Source of the DNA: an uncultured Candidatus Saccharibacteria bacterium
GTDB lineage: Bacteria; Patescibacteriota; Minisyncoccia; Minisyncoccales; CAZUZH01
Assembly (NCBI GenBank): GCA_964624815.1
Contig: CAZUZH010000002.1
Coordinates: forward strand, 10,049 to 55,308
DNA: 45,260 nucleotides
Reading direction: 5' to 3'
The position numbers and the translations under genes were made by a program. Shown one piece after another: positions 25,382-33,186 of this stretch. Position 1 is the stretch's first letter, and every line of letters starts with the position of its first letter. The notes under the pieces were generated by a model. That model did not search any database. It was not told the DNA's origin and was given only the letters and a program-made list of their open reading frames with translations.

Positions 25382-25480
25382 CAGTCTAGTGCTCGGTATC
25401 GAGAGACCGAGCCACCTAGAAAATCGCCAAAAATGGCGATTTCTGATAAAATAAAAGAAGATTATTAATCTAAAATAATT

Positions 25481-26500
25481 ATGCAAAATAAAGCTTTTTC
25501 TACAATCGGGATTGTAATTATTCTTATCATCATTATCGGTGGAGGATACTTTGGTTGGCATTATTTTGGGTCATCAAAAGAGGCAATAAAAAATTTAACA
25601 CCAGAACAAGAAGAAGCGCTACAAAAAAATATAGAACAGGCCGGAATAAGAGAACGTGACGCTAAACGAGCTGGCGACATAGCAATGATTCAAACTGCCC
25701 TGCAATTATATTCAGATGATCATCAGGATTACTACCCCGTAGTCATTTATGGTGAGATGGCAAATTTATTCTTGGGATATTTAGGAAATAAAGATCTTCT
25801 CGATCCTTCCACAAATGAACCCTATTTTTACTACAGTTGTCCTCCTCAGGGGAGAGATTATCACTTAGGCGCTAAATTGGAGGATAAAAATAGTTCCTAT
25901 CTTGTACAAGATGCTGATGCCTCTAAATGCGGGCCTGCAGATTTTTCTGGCGAAGATCCAGTTTATGATGTATCAACATTACAAGCCACGCCCACAGCGG
26001 AAGGGCCGGGAGAGGTGATTGGAGATGAAACTGCTGGCTGGAAAACCTATAGGAATGAGGAGTATGGATACGAGGTAAAATATCCAGAAGATTGGATAAA
26101 TTTTGGAGAGCTATTAGGTGGATTTAATATAACCTCTCCAATCATAGACGGAAGAGCAGATAATAGAATTCAAGTTATACCCAACAAAAGAGAAGGCCCT
26201 GAATCAAATCGGGAATATATAGATAACATGATTGAGGGGAATACTATACCTGGTTACAATGAATTAAATAGGAAAAAAGAGATTACCATCAATGGGATAA
26301 AAGGCTATGAAATTATTTGGAATATGTTGGATTCTGAAACAAAACAGCTAGAGGAAGGATCATTATATATTTGGCTCGAAGCACCAGATACTAATGAAGC
26401 TCGATTTATCGTATTACGGTTTGATGGGAAAGGTTCGCAATATCCAGTAAGATTTCAAACTTTCAACCAAATGCTTTCTACTTTTAAGTTTTTGGAGTAA
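25481..26500 (+). CDS. pilin-like (type II secretion/type IV pilin fold) secreted protein with unknown C-terminal domain
   Basis: N-terminal hydrophobic helix, then RDAKRAGDIAMIQTALQLYSDDHQDYYP, which resembles GspG/pilin-like domains. Confidence 0.55.
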   Translation: MQNKAFSTIGIVIILIIIIGGGYFGWHYFGSSKEAIKNLTPEQEEALQKNIEQAGIRERDAKRAGDIAMIQTALQLYSDDHQDYYPVVIYGEMANLFLGYLGNKDLLDPSTNEPYFYYSCPPQGRDYHLGAKLEDKNSSYLVQDADASKCGPADFSGEDPVYDVSTLQATPTAEGPGEVIGDETAGWKTYRNEEYGYEVKYPEDWINFGELLGGFNITSPIIDGRADNRIQVIPNKREGPESNREYIDNMIEGNTIPGYNELNRKKEITINGIKGYEIIWNMLDSETKQLEEGSLYIWLEAPDTNEARFIVLRFDGKGSQYPVRFQTFNQMLSTFKFLE

Positions 26501-26825
26501 AACACCCCGACCGAGACTCTCCTTCATTAAGATTTCGGAAGGGCGCAGCGCGTCGGTGAGACATCCCGAAAAGCCCTGAATTATCCCTTAAAATCTCGGT
26601 TCAAGACCGAGGATGCCAGCACGAGTCAGCGCAGTATCGAGGCCGACCGAGAGGCCTATTTTGAAGCTATTTTTATGACGGGTCCAGGACGCTCTAAACC
26701 CACACCCCTCTAGGACATCGAACTTTTAAGAATAAAACGATTTCATTAGAATCCAGAGAATATACAAAAAATACGAGATGATTATACCTCGCGTTTTTTT
26801 CTAATAGAATTTTAAATTTTCAAGC

Positions 26826-26853
26826 TTGACTTTTTTTGACAGTTTACTATAAT
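26826..26853 (+). promoter_or_regulatory. sigma70-type promoter TTGACT-16-TATAAT
   Basis: Consensus-like hexamers about 170 nt upstream of the GC-rich ORF. Confidence 0.5.
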
Positions 26854-26908
26854 AATGGTGTTGTAAATAGTTCTTTTTAAATGTGGCAATATGACTCATG
26901 ATAATACT

Positions 26909-26963
26909 ATGAGATGAGCATTTTGGACGTCAGTTAAGCTGGTTTCTGAAATGCTCATCTCAT
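26909..26963 (+). promoter_or_regulatory. 15-bp perfect leader hairpin with 25-nt loop
   Basis: atgagatgagcattt (26909-26923) pairs with aaatgctcatctcat (26949-26963), between the promoter and the SD GGAGGTGA. Confidence 0.5.
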
Positions 26964-27024
26964 GAAGATGTAAGCCGTTAGCCCGAGCGATTCGGGTAAA
27001 AAAACTATATGGAGGTGATAGACG

Positions 27025-27891
27025 ATGACGACACAATCGATCACGTCAGGACAGACAAAGCAGTTTAAGAGGTTTGTCGAGGACGCCGCTGACAAGGCAC
27101 TCGCCGAAGTCGGTCTCGACAAGAATGGGCTTCAGAAGCTCATCGAGAATGGTGACGAGTTCCAAGCTCGCATCATCGCTGGCATCAGGGAGCTCTCCGT
27201 GAGTAACCAGTTCGCCGACGAGGAAGTGGAATCCAGCTACGGATACCTGTCGGGCTACAAGCCCAAAGGCATCACCGAGCAGACCAACATCCTGCGTCAG
27301 CTTTTCCCTGGCATCAGCTATGCCGATGAGAAGCTCGTCGAGCAACCGCTTCCCGCCAATGCCGAAGGATGGTTCGCCATCCCGAAGTGGCAGTCGGTCG
27401 CCAAGACCTACGAGGAAGCAGTGAAGAAGGTGCTGGAGCTGATTAAGCAACAGCGCAAGGGCAAATTCTACAACTACCGTGAAGGTAAGATCGGAGCGAG
27501 ATATCTCCGACAGCACGAGCGTACGGTGAAGAGGCTCGAAGCGCTGGCTGAACAGCAGAAGGGTCACGACATTCTGGTCGTGGCAGCTCAGTTCGGTCTC
27601 CGTCATCGGGGTCGCAGCGATCGTCGATCTCGTGAAGTCTTCACGGTCAACGAGTTCGGACTCGGCACATTCGAAATCGGGTGCATGATACTGACGCATC
27701 CCGAGCGACTCCAGCATTATGACGATCTCTGGATCGACTGTGCTGGCGACGAGTACGCACCTGGTGCTGGTGGTGGTTTCTCGGGCGTTCCCTGCTTCGG
27801 GTTCTTCGACGGTAGGGTCGGGTTCGGCGCGGGCTGGGTTGGCGGCCCGCGCGCCCGCTATGGTTCGGTGTCTGGTTTCCTTCCGCAGTAA
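27025..27891 (+). CDS. hypothetical protein, GC-rich foreign-looking gene
   Basis: 288-aa ORF with a strong SD and codons ending mostly in G/C, unlike all its neighbours. Glycine-rich C-terminus. I recognise no domain. Confidence 0.75.
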   Translation: MTTQSITSGQTKQFKRFVEDAADKALAEVGLDKNGLQKLIENGDEFQARIIAGIRELSVSNQFADEEVESSYGYLSGYKPKGITEQTNILRQLFPGISYADEKLVEQPLPANAEGWFAIPKWQSVAKTYEEAVKKVLELIKQQRKGKFYNYREGKIGARYLRQHERTVKRLEALAEQQKGHDILVVAAQFGLRHRGRSDRRSREVFTVNEFGLGTFEIGCMILTHPERLQHYDDLWIDCAGDEYAPGAGGGFSGVPCFGFFDGRVGFGAGWVGGPRARYGSVSGFLPQ

Positions 27892-27957
27892 GTAGAGCCT
27901 TGAAAACTTGGATGCTTGAGCCTTTTGAGACTTTGAATTCTTGCATCCGCCACATCA

Positions 27958-27995
27958 GGGGTTATTCACATCAGTGAGTAACCCCTTCTTTTTTT
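27958..27995 (+). terminator. intrinsic terminator
   Basis: ggggttattcac / gtgagtaacccc followed by TTCTTTTTTT. Confidence 0.7.
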
Positions 27996-28391
27996 CTGAA
28001 AACGTATTTTAAATAAAATCTTCATTGCGGATTATTTACGCCTATTATCAGACAAAGCAAAGAATTGAGTTTATAGAGTTATATTTTAAGAGTGACAAAG
28101 AAAGAGAGGATATTGGAAGAATTAAAAATTATTTAAAAACTATAGATGCATAATGCAGACTCTTTAATAAAAAATCTTTTAATCCTGTTAAATAATTTTG
28201 CATTCAGCAAAATTGCCGCAAATCGGCATTTAGCGAGGTAGGGTAGGCAATGAATTAGAAAGTACTTTTAGGGAAGGACACTTTGCTGCGATAGACATTT
28301 TACTGGACTTGACAAGCCATTTTGTGCTATAAAGAAAATAGAGCAGTTCTTTAGGGGGATCTTTTACAACAAAAAAGAGGAGGCGAGACCA

Positions 28392-28946
28392 ATGAAAAGA
28401 GAAGTGAAAAAGCTTTTGGAACCGTTTATCAAGTGGAAGCCAAAACTTCAACCAGCTTTGCCCGACTTGACCGAACGGGTCATTGAAGCCATTTTTTGGC
28501 AGGAGGTGTCAGATGTAATTGCAGTTTCGGATAACCTGATTCTTTTTTGGCCATCCATGCGAGTTCCTTTTTGGCAAAGTTTAACATCAAACCTTGCCAA
28601 TAGTCTTAACGGGAAACTGGACCAGGGAGAATTAGAAAGTTTGCAGGATGACTTGGAGAAAAAATTAGGCTTTGGCCTGAAAGGAGGACTGCGTATTGAG
28701 AATAGTCTTTGGCGCGCTCTAAAGAAGCATTGGTACGGTTTGGACACCATAGAACGTCAGACAAAGCTGAGGGGAGAGATGCAGCAAAATTTGAAACAGA
28801 CAGTGTTCCTGGCAGCTGGGTTCTGCTTGGCAGGGGACAAGGATAAGAACTTTCAACCATTGTTTGACCTGTGGCTGAAAGGTAATCTTCCTCTTTGGTT
28901 TGACAGCCAAGGAAAGTTGGTTATTCTCTGTGGCAGACCCTTCTGA
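28392..28946 (+). CDS. hypothetical Trp-rich protein
   Basis: 184-aa ORF preceded by AGAGGAGG. GC is intermediate between the island gene and the backbone. No recognised domain. Confidence 0.7.
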   Translation: MKREVKKLLEPFIKWKPKLQPALPDLTERVIEAIFWQEVSDVIAVSDNLILFWPSMRVPFWQSLTSNLANSLNGKLDQGELESLQDDLEKKLGFGLKGGLRIENSLWRALKKHWYGLDTIERQTKLRGEMQQNLKQTVFLAAGFCLAGDKDKNFQPLFDLWLKGNLPLWFDSQGKLVILCGRPF

Positions 28947-29040
28947 TACCCGTCGTTTTCCAAAGGGAAAGGGCGGGTTTTTATTTGGATAGATATGGAC
29001 TTGCCATGTAGAGAAAATTTGAGAAGCGCTTTTAGCGTAA

Positions 29041-29353
29041 AGAGTGCGGGATTCGAACCAAAGTCAGCTTTAGAAGCCAAAAAATGAGATGATTTCAAGG
29101 CGCGACGACGAAATTGTAGTATAATATACTACATTGAGGAGGAGCAACACAGAAATCAGCCATTTTTTGGCTTCCCTTCGGGCGGGCGAATTCGGGTAAT
29201 CTTCTTCGTTGCTCGCCCCGTTAGAGATTTAAGAACTAAATCCCTAACGGGGCTCGTCGCTTATGTATCCTATGGATACACTACGCTCCTCGCGCCTCGA
29301 ATCTTGCCCGAATTCGCTCCGCTAAATTGACTCTGGTTCGAATCCCGCACTCT
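29041..29353. repeat. nested inverted-repeat element with tRNA T-arm-like termini
   Basis: Outer arms are 29041-29066 / 29328-29353 (25/26). The second layer is 29073-29086 / 29161-29174 (14/14). Inner arms are 29182-29196 / 29307-29322. The core is a CCCCGTTAGA hairpin at 29215-29253. Confidence 0.8.
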
Positions 29354-29436
29354 AAGTGAAAACTTTAAAAAGTTTTCAACTCAAATTTCTTCTATAGGGC
29401 TTGATTTATTATTCTAATTTATTGTAGAATAAGATA

Positions 29437-31140
29437 ATGATAAAAAAGGGAATTAAAAGTAAAAAACCCATAAAGAAAAAAAGGAATAAGACTTCCCGGA
29501 AAATAAAAAAGCTAGAGATTTTCCAGACAATTCATAAGCCAAAGATTAGGGTAATCGGAATCGGCGGAGGCGGAGGTTCAATTATTAATGAAATCGCTTT
29601 GACAATGAAAAAGATAGATTTTATTGCCGCTAATACTGATATTCAGGCCTTGAAGAAGTTAAACAAGAAAACCAAAAAGTTTTCTTTTGGTAAAAGCCTA
29701 ACCTATGGACTGGGAACAGGAATGAATCCAAAACTTGGTGAGCTTGCTGCTCAAAACGAGAAAGATAAAATAAAAAGGCTAATGGAGGATCAGGACCTTT
29801 GTATTTTAGTTTCATGCTTAGGAGGTGGAACAGGGTCCGGAGCTGCCCCTCTTTTTGCTGAGGTTGCCAAAGAAGTAGATATTTTAACTTTTGGAATTTT
29901 CACAATGCCGTTTAAATTTGAAGGAAGCAAAAAAATGAAGATTGCCAAAAGAACTTTAAAGGCTTTGACAAGCAGTCTAAATGCTGTATGTGTTATTCCC
30001 AACCAAAGAATTTTCCAGATTATTAACCAAAAAACTCCTTTAAGAAAAGCTCTTTCCGCTTTAAACAAAATTTTGGCTGAAGACTTGAAAGGTTTAATAG
30101 AATTTATTTACTGGCCAGGTTTGATTAATATTGATTTTGCCGACCTTAAAGCGATTTTAGAGGGAAGGGGAAAGAGGGCTTATCTTAACAGCGCCAAGTC
30201 TCAAGGGAAAAATATGGTAGAGGATGTGGTGGAAAAGGTTTTGAATAGCTCTCTTTATCAATATGGCATTTCCGGGACTGACAGAATTTTATTCAATATT
30301 GAAGGCGGCAAAGATCTTAAAATGAGCGAGGTTGAACAGATTTCAAAAAATATTTACAGCTTTAATCCCAGGGCAAAAATTATCTTTGGTGTTGCGCAAT
30401 ATCCAAAGTATAAAAACAAAATAAAGATTACTCTTTTAGCTGTTACTCCCGGGAAAAAGAAAGAAAAAAGAAAAAAGAAAAAACCTATTTCGGCTATAGA
30501 GCCCAAAAAAGAGTTAATTGAAGAAAAATTGGATATGCCTCTGGAAAAAATTGAGTCGTCTTCGTCTGGTTTAATTCATGAAGTTAAGCTTCGGAAAGCA
30601 AAGAAAATTAAAATAACAACAAAGAAAAAAATCAAGAAAAAAATCAAGAAAAAAAGAAAGCCAAAGGTTAAAAAACAATCAGGGGAAAAAGTAGAAGGAA
30701 GAAAAGAAGCAAAAAGAACAAAAAAACAGAAAGGGAAAAAGAAAGCGAAATCAAAAGAAAGAAAAATTACCATTTCAAAGTCGGCCAAAACTATTCACAA
30801 AAAGAAAATTAACTCTCCTTTGTCTCCGCCTTCGTCAAGGCTTAGACGGCCAAGAAACATGCAGAAGTCAAGAAAAGCCAAGAAGACAAAGAAGTCCATA
30901 AAAAAAACAACTGTTCCAAAGAAAAAATCAGTAATCAAGGCAGTTAAGGAAGAAGAAGCAAAACCGGAGCAAATATCTCCTTATAATGAGATTTTGAACA
31001 CGCAAACACAGACTGAGAAAATCAGAAAAAATGCTCTAGATTTGCAAAGAGAAGCTCAAGAAGTAAAGAAAGAAATGGAAAAAAGAGAAAAAAGATGGGA
31101 TATTCCAGCCTTTCTCCGCCGCAAAAAACCAGAGTTGTAA
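29437..31140 (+). CDS. ftsZ: cell division GTPase FtsZ with long lysine-rich linker
   Basis: GGGTGSGAAP tubulin signature and a C-terminal DIPAFLRRK peptide. About 200 aa of K-rich low complexity lies between them. Confidence 0.9.
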   Translation: MIKKGIKSKKPIKKKRNKTSRKIKKLEIFQTIHKPKIRVIGIGGGGGSIINEIALTMKKIDFIAANTDIQALKKLNKKTKKFSFGKSLTYGLGTGMNPKLGELAAQNEKDKIKRLMEDQDLCILVSCLGGGTGSGAAPLFAEVAKEVDILTFGIFTMPFKFEGSKKMKIAKRTLKALTSSLNAVCVIPNQRIFQIINQKTPLRKALSALNKILAEDLKGLIEFIYWPGLINIDFADLKAILEGRGKRAYLNSAKSQGKNMVEDVVEKVLNSSLYQYGISGTDRILFNIEGGKDLKMSEVEQISKNIYSFNPRAKIIFGVAQYPKYKNKIKITLLAVTPGKKKEKRKKKKPISAIEPKKELIEEKLDMPLEKIESSSSGLIHEVKLRKAKKIKITTKKKIKKKIKKKRKPKVKKQSGEKVEGRKEAKRTKKQKGKKKAKSKERKITISKSAKTIHKKKINSPLSPPSSRLRRPRNMQKSRKAKKTKKSIKKTTVPKKKSVIKAVKEEEAKPEQISPYNEILNTQTQTEKIRKNALDLQREAQEVKKEMEKREKRWDIPAFLRRKKPEL

Positions 31141-31237
31141 AATATGTTTGAAAAGTAAGATTAAACAGTTAAATATTTTTAAATCGTATTGACTTTCGAA
31201 TTTAAATTTATTAAAATGAAATTGATTAATATAATTT

Positions 31238-31480
31238 ATGAGTGGTCAAATTACAAAAGTTAAAAATGGAAGTATAACTTTACCAAAAAAACTCTGGAAA
31301 ACATGGAAAGGTGCAGAGGTTTTTGTTTTTCCTAACGAAGACAGTTTGGTAGTGAAAAAAGTTGAGAAGCCTCTTTCTCGGCTTTCTGATTTAGCTTCAA
31401 GAATTTCCTCTCCCAAAATGAGCCAAAAAGAAATTAGCAAGGAAGTTCAATCTTATCGCAAAAATATGAAAAATAAATGA
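31238..31480 (+). CDS. AbrB/SpoVT-type antitoxin
   Basis: 80-aa ORF with SITLPKKLWKTWKG (a swapped-hairpin-like motif). It overlaps the downstream PIN gene by 4 nt. A TTGACT-17-TAAAAT promoter lies at 31189-31217. Confidence 0.6.
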   Translation: MSGQITKVKNGSITLPKKLWKTWKGAEVFVFPNEDSLVVKKVEKPLSRLSDLASRISSPKMSQKEISKEVQSYRKNMKNK

Positions 31481-31893
31481 TAGTTGTTTTAGACAACAAT
31501 GTTTTTATTTCTGGAATTTTTTGGAAAGGAGCTACTCATAGAATTATTGAACTTGCCGAAAAAGGTAAAATTGAAATTTTCACGACTTTAGAAATTTTAG
31601 AAGAATTATCTAATGTTCTCAGAAGAGAAAAATTTAATTTTTTATTTAAAGAAGGAAAAACAAATATAGAAGAAGTTTTCAAAAAAGTATTAGAATTAGT
31701 TAAAGTTTGCGTCGTTAGAAAAAAAGTGAAAGTTATAAAAGAAGATCCTTCCGATGATAAATTTTTAGCTTGTGCCTTGGCGTCACAAGCCTCTTTTATT
31801 ATTTCCGGAGACAAACATTTACTTTCACTCAAGAAGTTTCAAGATATTTTTATCGTCTCTCCTAATGAATTTCTAAGAAATTTTCAGATGTGA
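31477..31893 (+). CDS. PIN-domain toxin (VapC-like)
   Basis: 138-aa ORF with VVLDNNVFISG at the N-terminus and DDKFLACALASQASFIISGDKHLL, typical of PIN family toxins. Confidence 0.75.
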   Translation: MIVVLDNNVFISGIFWKGATHRIIELAEKGKIEIFTTLEILEELSNVLRREKFNFLFKEGKTNIEEVFKKVLELVKVCVVRKKVKVIKEDPSDDKFLACALASQASFIISGDKHLLSLKKFQDIFIVSPNEFLRNFQM

Positions 31894-32174
31894 TTTTTTC
31901 TTTTAAATAAAGAAATAAACTGTTATAATAACTTAATGAAGCAAAAATTCAAGAATTAAAAGCTAAAATTCTTGAACTCCAGCAAAAAATCGCTCAGCTT
32001 TTGACTTTACTTATTCAACTTTTACAACAAAAATTGTAAGGAATTGTAAGTGCTGACTTTTCTCGCATATGCAAGGAAAGTCAGCCCCGTGCCCGCGCGC
32101 CTATCTACCGACAGGCAGGAAGCGCGGGCAGGGAGAGACAAACTGTTTGAAGTTTCTTTTCAAATAGTTCTAAA

Positions 32175-32306
32175 CCCGGTTAGAAACTTTGTTTCTAACC
32201 GGGCAAAAAAGGTCGGAGTAATTGATAAAATTAAACTTATGAATCCCGTTAGAAATTAAAGTTTCTAATAACTTTCTACGGGGTTCGTAATAAGATTTCT
32301 AACGGG
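32175..32306. repeat. cluster of CCCGTTAGA/TCTAACGGG-family hairpin elements
   Basis: A perfect 13-bp palindrome at 32175-32203, then one left arm (32244-32256) with three right-arm-like copies ending at 32306. Confidence 0.75.
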
Positions 32307-32999
32307 ATGAATAATCAAAATCAAACTAATCTTAAAAAAGGAATATCTACTCCCGTAGGGATTCTGATTATTGTTATCTGCCTTCTTTTAGCTGGCGGAA
32401 TTTTAGCTTGGCAGTATTTGAAGGTCCAAAAAGAAGAAATAAAACCGCCAGAAGAAAAATACATCATTTCACCAGGAGAGTCAACCACAGAGAAACCAGT
32501 CAACTGGGAAAGTTTGATTCCGGATATTCGGCTAGTTCTAAAACAAGAATTTTCAGACATTAGTGCTGAAGGGTCGCACCCTATAAGAATTTCCGAAAAA
32601 ACAGATATTACTGGCGATGGTGTTTCAGAAGTGCTGGTATATTTGGGTGTCGGCGGAGCAACCACAGACTTCTTTACCCTGTTGAGAATAGAAAATGATA
32701 AACCCGTTGTGGCATATTTTAAGCAAAAAGATGGAAAAATTTCTTCCCTTATGTTTACCGCGGGAGCAGGAGGCGCAGGGCGCTACGGGAGTACTGTGAA
32801 GATGTTAGCGGATAAAAATGCAATTTATTCGGCTAGTTATTCCGCATATGGTGATAAAAGTGACTATTGTCGCGCTGAAGTATATCAGTGGAATGCTCAA
32901 ACTAAAATCTTTGAGTTTAATACAGGATTGAGTAACGAAATTCAACAAGATTTTTGTCGTAAAACGGGACCCGAATCTGAACCCCCTCTCTCTCCCTGA
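32307..32999 (+). CDS. membrane-anchored hypothetical protein
   Basis: 230-aa ORF with one N-terminal TM (VGILIIVICLLLAGGILAW). No recognised domain. Confidence 0.65.
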   Translation: MNNQNQTNLKKGISTPVGILIIVICLLLAGGILAWQYLKVQKEEIKPPEEKYIISPGESTTEKPVNWESLIPDIRLVLKQEFSDISAEGSHPIRISEKTDITGDGVSEVLVYLGVGGATTDFFTLLRIENDKPVVAYFKQKDGKISSLMFTAGAGGAGRYGSTVKMLADKNAIYSASYSAYGDKSDYCRAEVYQWNAQTKIFEFNTGLSNEIQQDFCRKTGPESEPPLSP

Positions 33000-33186
33000 A
33001 AAAGATGAGATACATAGGTAACAGGATCTGGTTTCTGATTTTTTTACTCGGGGTAATGTCCTGAATAATCGAGTGATTTGATTCTCCTGCCATCGTGGAA
33101 CGCGGACAGGGTTGTTTTATTTTTCAAACTTTTGTGATAATATTAAAAAAGAGGCCAAAATTATTTGTATTAATTTAAAGAATTAT

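Noticed and set aside
26505-27891. Retron-like or other RT-based system (structured non-coding RNA followed by an ORF)
   Set aside because: The ORF has no reverse-transcriptase motifs (no YxDD-type box), and no RT is present anywhere in the window.
27046-27955. Long antisense ORFs (223 aa at 27046-27717 and 102 aa at 27647-27955) opposite the GC-rich gene
   Set aside because: Stop-free antisense frames are expected in GC-rich coding DNA. They have no SD or promoter, and the sense ORF has a strong SD and terminator.
29041-29086. Amber-suppressor tRNA (anticodon-loop-like TTCTAAA, CUA) read from the inverted-repeat arms
   Set aside because: There is no 5' acceptor strand or D-arm, and the T-stem would have only 2-3 pairs. 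The same sequence is present as an inverted duplicate, so it is tRNA-derived repeat DNA rather than a gene.
31935-32039. 35-codon open frame encoding a coiled-coil-like peptide (NEAKIQELKAKILELQQKIAQLL...)
   Set aside because: No start codon is in frame (a TAA lies immediately upstream). It may be a remnant of a decayed gene, but that cannot be supported from sequence alone.
32050-32259. 69-aa ORF in the 32.0-32.3 kb intergenic region
   Set aside because: It is the translation of stacked palindromic elements (repeated NPVRN peptides) with a non-ATG start and no SD.
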